From Camelus ferus (lineage: Eukaryota), in assembly GCF_009834535.1 (NCBI RefSeq), contig NC_045697.1, positions 116,562,001 through 116,626,000 on the forward strand: 64,000 nt of DNA. Direction: 5' to 3'. The notes under the pieces were generated by a model, which did not search any database, was not told where the DNA came from, and was given only the letters and a program-made list of their open reading frames with translations. The stretch's first letter is position 1, and each line of letters starts with the position of its first letter. This document shows, piece by piece, positions 38,660 through 51,571 of the stretch. The position numbers and the translations under genes are program-made.

Positions 38660-39110
38660 AACTTGAGGAGCATTAACAGAAGTGCCTGTATTCTGCTGGC
38701 CAGGCTACATCTGGGATAGTCAGTTCTGTTTTGGCACTGCAGGAAAAATAGATGCTGACAAATCAAAGTCTGTCCGGATGTAAGGGTTCTAGAGATCAAG
38801 TCAATGGGATGTCAATGAAATAGGCATGTTTATAACAGAGAGGAGCAAGCCAGAGAGCTATATTTGAAGTCAGGGATGGGTTTTTCTCTGTTGCATCAGA
38901 TTGCAAAATTAGATTGACTGGTTGAAGGACCCAAAACATTTCAAATTTACGCTCACAGTCAATGGGGTCCGGAGAATGAGCTTCCCACCGCTAGTGTGAC
39001 TTAGCAGGGGCATTTATCGTAACTCAGAGGTTTTGTAGACAGGATTTCTGTACTGTATGGAATATTGTATTAAAATCTTACACCTTGACTCTAGATCATC
39101 CTTCGAAAGA
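38660..39110 (+). mobile_element. Ancient CR1/L3-like LINE relic
   Basis: ctgtattctgctggccaggctacatctggg...cagttctg resembles the CR1 RT 3' motif. Confidence 0.45.
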
Positions 39111-40139
39111 AAAACATCTATTACTCTATTAAGTTGGACACCTACAGTACTACTTTTTTTGGTTGTTAGGTTTGGCTAAGGCTTTTTGGTCTCCTATAAA
39201 TGGTATGTTGTCAATGACAAGAGACCTTCTTTCTTTCCCCAATTTTGTTGTTGCCACGAATCTGCCACCAGGTGGTGACGCTCGCCTAAGCCTCACAAAA
39301 TAGCTTTAGGTGCGTTGATGTTCTTTTCTTGTTAACTACTTGTGAAACCTTTTTTTTTTTTTCTGTTAAGGTAGAAAAAATATTTCAGTTGCTCTTAATT
39401 CACTAATTTGTAAAAATCACTAAGAAGCACACCTTGAGGCATAAATTAGGGACTTTTGATTAAACTGTTAAAATTTAATGCTGAGTTTATTTTCATCTTT
39501 GTGAATTTGCTTTGGCTTTCTTCCTAAAATTAGAGGTTTTTGTCCCTGAGATGGAGAGATCTGGCTTGCCGCACAAGTGTTACCCGAGGCATACAAATCC
39601 GCTCCTTGTTCCAGAGCTCCCAGCAATCCGGGACCTGAGAGCATGTTTTGCTTACTTCATGTCTGGACCACTTTTCCAACTGAATGAGCCTCTGAACCTA
39701 ACCATTTTATTTTCCCCTTTATACAAGGCAGAACTGGCTGAAAATGAAAAATGTGCTTGTATCTGAAAAACGATAACAAAAAACAAAAACACCAATAATC
39801 TCACCTGTTCCCTCTCCACTTCCTCTCTTATCCCCTGGTGGCGCTCTAAACATGCAAACCTCCCCTATGTCTGCTTCCTCACCTGCCTTCTTTAGACATC
39901 TCTGGTTCCTACCTCATAGAGAAAACTGAGGTGATGAAGGATGGAAAAGCCTTTGCCCTTCTGCCCGACATCTGTAACTTACCTGTATGTGCATCTGGTC
40001 TCCTATTCTCAGAGGAAGCTATGACCCACATCCTGCTTTAGGCTAATCCTGTGTGTCATGAGTTTGGTTTGTGAACATATGTATCTTAAAATATATGATC
40101 AATTTTGGTGAATGTCTTTGGGCATTCTTCACTATCAGG

Positions 40140-40580
40140 TTTATATTTATTGGGATTTTTAGGTTCAGGTGCATACAACAGAGACCCAACTAAAACAGCA
40201 TAGCTACACAAGGGCTTTTTTGTTTGTTTGTTTGTTTGTTTGTTTCAATTAAAGAAAACTAGGGTTAGGTAATTCAAGGCAAGTCTGGGAATTTTACAAA
40301 GTTGTTAGAAACCTAAAATCTTTCATATTCACTGTTCACATGTCCTTGTCTTCATGGTCCAAAATGTTGCTAAAACTCAAGCCATTGCATCCATTTTTTT
40401 TCTGGATGAGCAAAGAGGGGAAGGGTCTGCCTGTTTCTTTTCAAGGAGATTTCCTGGAAGTTCCACACATAATTCTTCCCCCTCATTAGTTAGGGCTCAG
40501 TCACTAGGCTCCTCTCCATGCAGGGAGGCTGGGAATGCAGTATTTTAGCTGGGCACATTTCCCCAAGTAAACCGGTTCTG
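40140..40580 (-). mobile_element. MaLR (MLT1-type) LTR
   Basis: caacagagacccaact...tagtcact...gcagggaggctgggaatgcagtattttagctggg pattern; contains (TTTG)n. Confidence 0.55.
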
Positions 40581-40609
40581 TTGTTGAGAAGGGACATCGC
40601 AGTTTGGTG

Positions 40610-43600
40610 TGGATCAGTGTTAGCTTATTAATTATGTATTTAGTTCTCCATATCCTCTTTCGGTTTCACTTATCTTTCATGGACTGGAAGAGGTGGATTA
40701 CTATCTCTTACCACTGTGTGTCTATTTTTCCTTTTGTTTTGGTTGCTGTCTGAATCTCTTTGGGGCACGTATACTCCTAATGTAATATCTCATATTGGAA
40801 ATTGCACACTATAGTGTTTAAATGCCCTTCTTTGTACTGTTGGCCAGAATTCTGCCTACTTGGCCAAAAATATACGACGCCTGTGTTTTGTTTGTTTGTT
40901 TGTTTGCATGTACATGGCATACTTTTGAGCAGCCTTTTATTTTTAATCCCTCTTAATCACTTATAGTTGCAATGTTTTGGTTAATAGTCCTGAGTTAGGT
41001 TTTACTTTAGAAGCCAATTTGAAAGTCCTTTTTTGTCTTTAGTAGATGAATTTAGTCCACTTATATTTATTGATATGACTAATATAACTGACCGTAACCT
41101 GCTATTTAAAAATATTATTATATTTACAGGTTGCTATGTTTATACGTATTATAACCTATATATTATATAGATATTGGTTGCTATATTTATAGGTTAAAAA
41201 TCTTTCAACAAATGGCTTAAAATTTTTACTTCTTCCAATATTTAAAAAGGCTGAATATTCTATTGGTTATCTTGATAACTACCCAATAGACTGTATCTTC
41301 TCCTTCTTAGAGAATAACACTAGTACTCATTAATTTCCTATTAAAAGAAGTGATGAAATTAGTATATATTGTCTTCCTTTCTGTTCTTCTCTCTCTCCCA
41401 CCACAGGATTTTGATCAATTACATGCTATTTATTAGTGTTCACCTTAAGAATATCAAATATCCACATATTGGTAGATCTGTTAGTTTTAAATGACATCTC
41501 TTGACTCCTAGCTATTCTATTTTTATGGTTCTGTGGTTTCCACTTCATTCATTTTGAGACTGCTCACCCATCTAAGATTATTATGTCCTCTTGCCGAATT
41601 GACCCCTTTATCTTACATGTTATCTCTCTTTATCGCTGGTGATAGTCTTTGTTCAGAAGTCTATTTTTTCCTAATACTAACACAGTCCCTCCAGCTTAAA
41701 AAAAATTAGTGTTGCACTTCTTATCTTCATTTTACAGTGTGTAGTATCTCCATTTTTTCTGGTTGCCCCAAGGTTTTTTCTTTATCTTTGGTTTTCACCA
41801 GTTTGACTGATTTGTCCAGTTTTTTTTTTTTTCCTTTTCTACTTCTGCTTGTTTTTTTCTGAGGTTCTTAGATTTTTGGTTTGTTGTATTCTATTAATTT
41901 TAGAAAATTCTTGGTCATTCTCTCTCCAGGTACTTCTCTGAAACTAAGCAGGACCCTGTGAGACAAGCCCCCCTGTGTCCCCTGACCTGCCTCTTGTTTG
42001 TAGGAAATCTTTAGCCTCCTAGGCCTTCCCCAAGTTCCAAAGAGAAGATTTAATCAGGAAAATGAGAAAATGCAGAAACAAAGAAAAACAGTCAAAATAA
42101 TAATAGTTTAGCCATAAGACAAAGTCAAGGGCCTTTAGTTCCTCCTCGGGGGCTAGAGATGATATCCTGAGCTGCATCCTTGAGTCATTTTCAGATACTG
42201 AAACCCCCACCAGGTGGGAGAAGTTAACTTTGTGCTGACCATTAGCACGTAGACCCCAGACTGATGGGAACCAGAAGGCTGATGAATAAGATTCCCAAAA
42301 TACCACCCAGTTACCTTACCACCAACCAATTAGAAGAATGTTCACAAGCTGATCACACACTCTGTGACTGCCTCCCTCATCTTGCCTTGAAAAGCCCTTC
42401 CCTGAAAGCCATCAGGGAGTTTGTGTCTTTTGAGCATGCTCTGCCCATTCTCCTTGTTTGGCACCTGCAATAAACACTGTACTTTCCTTCACCACAACCC
42501 AGTGTCAGTGCATTGGCTTTACTGTGCATCAGGCGAGTGGACCCAAATTTGGCTTGGTAACATCATCTGTCCTGATTTCCCTCTCTCTCTCTTTCTTTTT
42601 TCTGTGACTCCTTTTACACATTTTTAGACAATCTTATGTTATCCCACAACTTCGGGATTCTCTGTTCTGTCCTTTTAATTCAAATGAGAGCCTTCTGTCG
42701 GCCTATCTTCAAGGTCATTGATTCTTTCCTCAGTTGTGTTCAGTCTGCTGCTATACCTGTCGAAGTAATTCTCTGATTCACTTTAACAGCTTCCCTCTCT
42801 TTGCAGACATTTCCCATGTGTTCATCTATATGGACCACCTTTTCCACTAAACTGTTTAACTGATAAATCATTAGTATTTTAATTTTAATTTCCTTGTTTG
42901 GTAGTTGTAACATTTGAGCTATCTCTGGGTCTGGTTCTGTTGATTGCACAATAATTTGACAGTGGAATGTTTTTCTTGCTCTTTTAGGGATAGGGCTTTC
43001 TCAGTATTGCTGTCCCCCATACCCCAGATGCCCCAACCCAAGTGAGCATCACCCACTACTTTGTAACAGGGCAGAGTGCTGGGCTGGAGAGGTTTATCTG
43101 CCTCTACCACTGGAGCAGACAGCTTTCCCTTCTGATGCTCCTTTGGAAGCAGTAGATCTCTGCCTGGTCCCTGGCTGCAGGAGGACTTTCTGTCGCTCTC
43201 CTGGTGGCATAAAGCTTTTATTCATAAGAGGAAAGAGTCTAGGGAAGAAGGTGGGTTTGTGCCCCTGTCCACCAAGGAGGACTCTCTCTGGTTTCCTTAC
43301 CTGCTCCCATCTTCTCTTGTGAGCTGGGGGAGACCAGAGGAGAAGAATCTGGTGGGAGTAGCTGGCTCCGCTTGAGTGTGGGTTCCCAGTTATTCCAAAA
43401 TTTTACATAAGCCCACACTTAACCTTCACAGGTTTATTGAAATTTTAGCTAGTTTCTTTGTACCTGCTCCATGACGGTCAATTCTTCACCCTGTGCTCTG
43501 CCAAAGATGAAACGTTGTGTATGTCCCATCTCTCCTTGTCACTCCTTAGGATTCAGTTCACTTGCTTGCCTTACTACTGTAGCTCTCTGACGGGCTTGAG

Positions 43601-43700
43601 AAAATCCTGATTGTGTAGATTACAAAGTTCTTTCTCATTGGTAGAGGGAGCAGTGATGTCTTGTGACTTTCTATACCTTTAGCAGTATTGTTGGAATGTG
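40610..43700 (-). mobile_element. Ancient L1 5'/ORF1-region relic interrupted by a solo LTR
   Basis: T-rich; minus-strand remnant EPDPEIAQMLQLPNKEIKI resembles an old L1M ORF1. Boundaries approximate. Confidence 0.55.
41939..42562 (+). mobile_element. Solo ERV1-type LTR
   Basis: TGAAAC...GGTAACA termini; AATAAA at 42469; 624 bp; no exact TSD. Confidence 0.8.
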
Positions 43701-44737
43701 GGATTGTAATATACGATACATACTCTTCTGTGACTTTTTCTTTATATTATATTTTACATTATGGTCTTGACATTGAGCCATGCTGATTGAAGCGAGGAGT
43801 TCACTCATCTTCATTGAGCCCGCATGTGTATCACATTTTATTTGTCCATCATTTCCATGGTTTCCAGGACCTTGCTCCATAATGTATCCTTGTTTTCTGT
43901 ATTTTCAAATTCTTTATATCAGCTCTTTCTGCCTATATATAAACTTGCTTAGTCTCATCCTAAAATTAAATTTACTTTATTCTCTTGATCTTTAGCTCAC
44001 CTTTGGCTATTTTCCCATCTGCTTATTTATTACTTATATTTCTTCCTTTTTGAATTTCACAACTTTTATTATTGTGTTTATAGTTTTATTTATTGCTTTG
44101 AAAGAACAATAAAAAGTTTTAAGCACATGTAAAAATATATATAAATATATAAAATTTATATAAAAGGTTTTAATCTGTTGTCTGTCATATATCTTGCAAG
44201 TATATTATCCTGGGCTGCCATATGTCTTTTTATTTCACTTATATCTTTCCACTTAATCATAGTTAAAAAAATTTTTGCCAACACATCTATCAGATTTTCT
44301 AGTTGATACTTTACTAAACAAAAGTTCGTGTGCAAGGTAGAACTATTGTAATTAATTTTTAAAAATGAATACTTACAAAGCAAAAAATAATTATTACTAG
44401 CATTAAGATTGGAATAATGTTCACCATCAGGAATACATGTGGAATGATTTGTTTTGGAGAGCTAAAATTTAAAGATTATAATTTTAGTAATGAAATATTT
44501 AAAAGTCCACCTCTTTAGTAATAAATTCTAATCATTTTTATTTTAATCTGAAATGTACATATGGCTGCCTTTTTAAAAGCAAAGTAAAGATTTATTATTG
44601 TATGTGTGTAGTACCTGCCACATTTGCTTCTGGTCTCAGTGCATGAATTTTTACTTGCTAATTTACTTATGCAAATATTGATCAATTTTACTTCATTACT
44701 AAGTTTGGATTACTGAGCATGTAATAACTGTTAATGA

Positions 44738-44860
44738 CTGTTTATTCTGAGGAGGAGATAATTAAGTCTATTTATTTTTAGTGGAGGTACTGGGGATTGA
44801 ACCCAGGACCTCATGCATGCTAGGCACTCACTCTACCACTGAGCTATACCCTCCCCACTT
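44738..44860 (-). mobile_element. tRNA-Ala-derived SINE (Vic-1 type, camelid)
   Basis: GGGGAGGGTATAGCTCAGTGGTAGAG...GGTTCAATCCCCAGTACCTCC with A/B boxes; perfect 18-bp TSD tgtaataactgttaatga at 44720-44737 and 44861-44878. Confidence 0.9.
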
Positions 44861-45684
44861 TGTAATAACTGTTAATGAATTCTTTTGAATCAAAATTTCA
44901 TCACTACAAAGGCTACATTGAACCTAATTTGCCCTTTCCTTGATGACTTAGTTTGTCATCAGTGAGGGTACTGTACTGTCATACCAAGATGCCCTCTGGA
45001 CTTTGTAATGATTTGGGGGCTGTTTCTGTTCCCTATATGGTTCCAAACTAGTGTGTTTTGAATGACTGTTTTTGCTTTTTATAGCACTTCTTGCTCCTGC
45101 TTTACTATCAGGTTGATAATTACTACTTCTCACTAAAGTCAACATCTCTAACTTTCCCCTCCTACTATTAACTTGGCACTTATAATCTGCTGTGAGCTTA
45201 GAACTCAAACAACCAAACTTTTGGGAACTTCCTACGAAATGAGAGACAGAGGGAATTTTCACAAGATATGCAGTTTACTGAATTGTTATTTTGGATTTAT
45301 TTCTTCATGTTATCTGTGTTTTAAATAGACACATTTACTGGGTAATTGAGTTCTGCATAGGTAGAGTGGTGCTAATCACCACAAGCAAAGCTACTATGGG
45401 AAAAATTCTGTGGAATATATTCTGTTGTGATGGACTTCAGAAATCCCTGCCTCCAAAGTATTTTTGGGTTCTTTTTGAGATGTTTTACTTTGGTGAGAGT
45501 TTAGAGGCATTAGTTTAGATAATACGGATGCTTAATAAAAAAAAAAAATCATGCTAAGAAAATTTGAGGAAATGTGACACAATATTAACAACCATCCTTT
45601 GGGAAGAAAACCTAACATCTGAAGTAAGCTAGGCAAACCCAGAACAGTCAGTTGCCTCCTGAAGGGAGAGAGACCGCAACTTAC

Positions 45685-45759
45685 AGCCAGTGCAGTCTCG
45701 GCATGTGCTGGCAAAGGGGCTTGTTGGGCAGGCGGGTAAGGACGTTATTCATCAATGCT
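45685..45759 (-). CDS. RXFP1: RXFP1 exon 9 (LRR)
   Basis: ALMNNVLTRLPNKPLCQHMPRLHWL; 75 nt. Confidence 0.96.
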
Positions 45760-46293
45760 CTGAAAAAGAAGAGAAACAGAGAAGAGTCCCATTTCCCATT
45801 TCTTTTCTCAACTTACGTCAAACACGATTTTATCACGATTCTTACAAAACGGTGAAAATCCACTAAGTTGTTGTCTTCTCACTTTAATCTTTTCCTAGAT
45901 GCTGTGTTAGATTTCAGTGCATGTTAATAGTACAATCAGACAAAGTAGCTGTCATGCGGAGAAAGCAGTAGGTCAGCAGCTGGAAAGAGGCTGTGCCCTC
46001 CGGTAAGTGGGCAGTCAGAAAGGAGGTGACTTTGAATGACGGTGGTTTTTCTTTACCAAAATTAATATAGGCAGGCTAGTTCTGGTCTGCTTAAGAATAT
46101 TCCAATATAATATGTCAGTGAGGCTGTGTTCATTTTTGATGAACTGACATTCTGGAAGACAGAAGATCTTATAAAATGGTTAGAACCACAAAATAGCCTC
46201 ATAGAATATGATTAGAGATGGTTTTTAGCTGAAAGGCCTTTGTAGGGCTTTAATTCCAAATTTAATGCCATTAAACTTAAAGCAGTAATTTTC

Positions 46294-46369
46294 TTTTTCT
46301 TTTTTTTTTAATTGAAGTACAGCCAGTTACAATGTGTCAATTTCTGGTATATAGCACAATGTCCCAGTC

Positions 46370-46402
<33 letters not shown>

Positions 46403-46410
46403 TATTCATT
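46294..46410 (-). mobile_element. 117-bp L1 extreme 3' end with 17-bp TSD
   Basis: Same family as 27750-28147; TTAAAGCAGTAATTTTC at 46277-46293 and 46411-46427; internal (TA)n(CA)n. Confidence 0.9.
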
Positions 46411-46479
46411 TTAAAGCAGTAATTTTCATTCATGTCTTTTCCTTCAAGTGAAATATTTGCTTACGTTCTTAATACTTAC

Positions 46480-46551
46480 AGGAGAATAAGAGAATTTAGT
46501 CCATAAAACGTTAGTGGGGAAATTCGATTGAGGGCATTATCTTCGATTATC
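46480..46551 (-). CDS. RXFP1: RXFP1 exon 8 (LRR)
   Basis: IIEDNALNRISPLTFYGLNSLILL; 72 nt. Confidence 0.96.
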
Positions 46552-46640
46552 CTGCCGGCCAGAAGAAAAAATTGATTCATTTATATATTTTTTCGAACAT
46601 AAAAACTAATACTATGAAATGCCACCCAAAATAAACATAC

Positions 46641-46712
46641 AGCCATTCTAGTCTATGGAGATCTTCAAAAACACCTGGCTTCAAGAAGGTTATCCTGTTA
46701 TGACTGAGATAC
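46641..46712 (-). CDS. RXFP1: RXFP1 exon 7 (LRR)
   Basis: YLSHNRITFLKPGVFEDLHRLEWL; 72 nt; followed by an 89-nt intron. Confidence 0.96.
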
Positions 46713-46949
46713 CTGAAAAAAGAGAAACGACTCCAGTAAATTTGTTACCTTCCTAATAGTACAAGGAAAAGAACAATAGTCACCCATCTTCAAGTTTCTC
46801 ACATGCTGTTCTCATCGGTCATTTTCCTGCCTTTGGTCTCTAAAAGTTCTTTAGCACTTACCTTTCTGTGTCTAGTTTTTAAATTCCCACTGATCAACCA
46901 ACCACCCATCAGTCAATCACTCTGTCTATTCATTTATTCATCAAATTAT

Positions 46950-47397
46950 TTTTTTAATCAAAACATAGTCAATTTACAATGTTGCATCAATTTCTGGTGA
47001 CCAGCATCATGTTTTAGTCATATGTACACATACATATATTCCTTTTCATGTTCTTTTTCACTATAGGTATTGAATATAGTTCCTTGTGCCATGCAATAGA
47101 AATTTGTTATTCATCTATTTTATATATACTAGTTAGTATCTGTAAATCCTTTACTCCCGGTTTATCCCTTCCCACCCCCCTTCACCGCTGGTAACTGTAA
47201 GTTTGTTTTCTATGTCTGTCTTTCTGTTTCATAATAAGTTCTTTTGTGTCATTTGTTTTTTTAGATTCTGCATATAAGTGATGTCATATGGTATTTGTCT
47301 TTCTCTGTCTGACTTACTTCACTTGGATGGACAATCTCCAGGTCCATCCATGTTGATGCAAATGGAATTATTTTATTCTTTTTTATGGCTGAGTTGA
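46950..47397 (-). mobile_element. L1 3'UTR fragment inserted into an L2 relic
   Basis: L1 3'UTR motifs; imperfect TSD caaattattttt / caaactgttttt; the flanks rejoin to L2-like cattcatcaaa...gagcacctactgt. Confidence 0.75.
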
Positions 47398-47814
47398 GCA
47401 AACTGTTTTTGAGCACCTACTGTACAGCACTGTGCTAGGTATCAGATCCCTTTCTTCGAGGGGCTTTGGGTCTAGAAGAAGACAGCGTGGGAGCAGGCGG
47501 TCACAGAGGGAAAAGCGAGTGTATGTAGCAGACAGTTGCCCTGACTTTGTAGCAGAGGAGACACCAGGCTCTGCTGGGGGTTGGGGGTACGGAGTTTGGA
47601 CGGGTGAGGAGACAGGAAGTCTTAACTAAAGGAGGCTCAGTTGAGAAGAGTCTTGGATGGAGACATGTCACGAATGGCTGGAGTGGCTGGAGTGATTCTG
47701 CACAGGGGAGACGGCTTGTGCAAAGGCAAGAGGCGTAAAGGGGGGCAAAATGAGGTGAGAGGCTCGCCAGGGGACTTAGTGCAGCTTCGCCACAAAGAGG
47801 CTGTGAGGAGTGAG

Positions 47815-48145
47815 AGAAGATAGTCACGAAAGACCACATTCTGTATGACTGCACTCATACGACCGTCCAGAATGGGGAAATCTATATACAGAGAAAGTAG
47901 ACTAGTGGCTTCTTAGGGCTAGGCTAACGGATGGCGGCCAGCGGGGTAAGAGCTGAAGAGTATGGGGGTTTCTTTTTGAGGTGATGAAGACCTTCTAAAA
48001 TCAGTAGTTTATAAAACCACAGTGATAGGCGCACATATTTGTGAATATAGGAAAACCACTGAAGTTTGCACTATAAATGGGTAAATTGTATAATATGTGG
48101 ATTATACCTAAATAAAGTGGGTTTTTAAAAAAACTTAAAAAGAAA
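47815..48145 (+). mobile_element. Old L1 (L1MB/MC-like) 3'UTR fragment
   Basis: agtcacgaaagaccacattctgtatga...aataaagtgg and an A tail. Confidence 0.7.
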
Positions 48146-48379
48146 AGAGAGAGTCTGTGAGGAGAGATGGGAGACATACCAGGGGCAGGCAGGGAGATGC
48201 TCTGGAGAAAAGGACATTGAAGTCTTCCTGGAGACTCTTTCCCCACCTCACTCACCCAACTTGACCTTTCACTCTTCTGCAGAGCGAGCCGACTCTCTGT
48301 TCTACGGGGCTGACGCTGACCTCCTCTTGTGTGTTTATTTCTATCTCAACTTCTCTAGTGCAGCAACTCGCTGCTCTGA

Positions 48380-48570
48380 GTCTGCTATCAGACAGACTGG
48401 TTCCCAGCTTTGCCACTTGTTAATCGTGTGGCCTTAAACAATCAACAGCTTCTGAGAGCCTCAGTTTCCCCAAGTGTAAAATAGAAATAATACGAGTACC
48501 TAATTTATTGGGCTGTTGAACATTTGAGGCCGTGCACATCATAAGCACTGGGTGCATCTTATTAGAGCCA
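48380..48570 (+). mobile_element. MIR
   Basis: Core motif ctgagagcctcagtttccccaagtgtaaaatag. Confidence 0.75.
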
Positions 48571-48901
48571 TGTCTCTGTTCAACTTCCAACTTCAACTTC
48601 TTTCCTCTCCACCTACAATTCCTATGCAAGTATTCCTTCAAATTCCACTTCCACTGATACATGGACCACACCAGTTTCACTCTTTTCTCCACCCTGACAG
48701 ATCTTGGTGCTGACGTCCTGGAAAATTCCTCCTGCCAGGAATCTCCTCTTCCTGCATCAGGGTGACTTTGCTTGGGGGTGGCAGGGATAGTGCCTCGAGT
48801 TAGGGCCACTCCCCTCCTTCCCTTGCACATCCAGAGCCCCGGCTCAACACTTCCCCATGAACACCTCAGGGAGCGGGGAAATTATTGGCCCCGGTACTTA
48901 C

Positions 48902-48973
48902 AGCTTGGTGAGACTGGACAGTCCTCTGAAAGCATGGATGGATATGGATCTAATCTTATTGTTTTGCAGACAC
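48902..48973 (-). CDS. RXFP1: RXFP1 exon 6 (LRR)
   Basis: CLQNNKIRSISIHAFRGLSSLTKL; 72 nt. Confidence 0.96.
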
Positions 48974-51499
48974 CTGTGAAAATGATGATTAAAAGGAAAA
49001 CATAATGAAACTGAGTTTCAGTTTTGCCAAATGAAGAGTCCTGTGGGTGGATGGTGGTGATGGGAGTGCAAAACTGTGGGTGTCCTTAACGCCCCTGAAT
49101 GTACATTTAAAAATGGTTAAGACTGTATGTTTCACGTCGCATGTTTTTTGCCACAATTAGAACTTTTTAAAAATGAAAAAGGGTAGCCACAACAAAATAA
49201 TGTAGCGAAACTGCATGGTACTTTGCTTTGCTATTAAGTTAGTGTATGATTAGGCTCGTCTTTATGTAGAAATTCCCATTATAAAGGTAAACATATGAGA
49301 GCTAAAATTTAATGTTTGAATTTTCTATGAGTGAAACTTTAGTTTACTGCATAGTAAGGCATTCACTAATCAAAGAGGCCTAGAGGCTTTGTTTTTCTTT
49401 AACTTTTTAACATTTCCTGCTGTAATTCTACAAACTTGACAGTGCTCGACACAGTGCTGGTAAAACTACAAGTATGTGAGATCGTTAGGACTCCAAACCA
49501 TATTCCATGCTGATCACAGATCAGCCAAGTGGACTTGAATTTTATTAATGTGATATCCAAGTCTTAACTCCAAACAGTGTTTGAGGAAACTCATCAGGAA
49601 GATAAATGATGAAAGAGAAAAACAGAAATAAAGAGAATCCAGACTGGAAGGATATAAATTAGCTTGGAAGGCCAAGCCAGAATGATGCGGGTTCACATAG
49701 TTCCCCGAGGTCACGCTGGGTGTTGGGCCTGGAGTTTACAGCAGGTCAGAGGAAACAGAACCCGGACACCAGCCACTGCATCACACGCACCCATTTAAGC
49801 ATCGCACACCTGTGCACACCAGCCACAGGTTGTGAACAGGACAAGGAGGGGCTTCGAGCCTGATTTCCTCTTCTGATGCAGGTCACCATTGTCCTTTAGG
49901 GTTTTCTGAGTTTTTGTATAATTTTTCACAGATTTTAGGAGTAATAAAGGATAAGCCCCTATGAAAGAAGTCTCTTAATCAGAAACGTCGACTAAAGGAG
50001 AGTCCCTATTTCTCCAACATGCAAGAAAACCTCACTTTAATTGTAAAATATTATTATTAAGTCTGTCATCCACCTAGCATGCTGAGGGTCCAATCGTGTA
50101 GGAGATAATGCAGCTTCCTCACTAAAGCACAGTCAAACTTTCATGGCATTCATTTATACATGAGTTTATACCTGAGTCGTGGTGTTCATTCATTTATTTC
50201 TAACTATGGTAATGATCTACTGAACAATAGACTATATTGCCTGGAGTTTGAGACAAACTATGTCTCTAATAACCTATTAGAATTTTTTTTTGTAATTAAG
50301 CTATTTTGACCTCTTACTTGGAACAAATTGGTTGTTCAAGAATTAATTCAGCGTTTGTTGTGTGAGAAATGCTAAATGACTGAATTCTGATGTTTAGAGT
50401 TGAAGTCCTAACCCCTTTTAAACGATGTGGACATAAGGTGGAGCTGCAGCTCAGAAAAGTCCTCTTACTCCCAAAATCAGAAAACAGAAAAAGGAAGTAT
50501 CTTGAAATTTTTGTATCAGGCCTGATTTTGAAAAGCTCTTCCCTGTTAGTCCATCAATGTCTACAAAAAAGTTCTGAAAAGCCATTTTATTGGAATTTAA
50601 TTTTCCAATATGAAACACTTTTCCGCAGCTCATCGGAGCTTTGAGAACATTTTATCAAAGTGGGTAAATATTTCTTCTGATTCTACTCTGTTTCTGTTAT
50701 CCTAAAGAAAAATGTACAGGTGGATTGTATCCACGTACCAGAGTTCTCCAGTGGTTTTTTGTTTTCGTTTTTTTACAGAACTAAAACCCATATAGACGTG
50801 AAAATGAAGCCAGAAGTTCTGAGACATTTTCTAGATAGTGTGGTGCCGGCATTTCAACGCAACCGTTTAAGCACATGACAGTATGATCTAGCCACAAAGT
50901 TGACCTAAAGAGCAGGCAGCCGTCACCTGGTCTATTATGGATCCTGCAAGTACATAGATAATCTTAAACTGAAGGGAAGCTGCATGTCAGATAACTACTC
51001 AAGGGTAAAATAAAACTCAGCCAACAAGGCAGAAGTGAAAATGGAATTAAGTCCCCAAACCAGCATGCTTGGAGGTTTCAACCCACAAGGACTTGCTCTC
51101 TCAGGTAGAGCTTGAATTTGCAAACATAGGAAAGCTCTTCACTATCTAATCTCGATGGCAGATCTGGTGAAAGGCCATTACATCTTTCTCTAAGATGCAC
51201 GGAGGGGCAGCGAGTGACACCACCTGAGTATCTTCACCAGGGGGGAGTGTGGTGGGAGGATTCACAGCACACGTCCTCCAGGTTCTTTGGGGGTAGGTAT
51301 CTGAGATTTTTCTCAGATGGCTTTTAGAATTGCTCAGGAAAAAAAAAAAATGTTACCTCGTAGTCTCCAGCTAACAGTGAAATAATTCCCCAAAGAGGGA
51401 TTGGACTTAAACAGTTGGTTCTTGCAGAAGTGGGAAGAAACAGGTATGTCCCCTGCAAAAGTCAGCTAATTTAATACCAAGAATTAAAATTTTTCTTAC

Positions 51500-51571
51500 A
51501 GTTGCTGAAGATCATGGTACTTCTTGAAGCCATCACGAGGAAGCTTTCTTATTAAGTTCCACTGAAGCGAC
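51500..51571 (-). CDS. RXFP1: RXFP1 exon 5 (LRR)
   Basis: SLQWNLIRKLPRDGFKKYHDLQQL; 72 nt. Confidence 0.96.

Noticed and set aside
44782..44856. Apparent tRNA-Ala gene
   Set aside because: It has a SINE tail and an 18-bp TSD, degenerate stems and no oligo-T terminator, so it is a SINE head.
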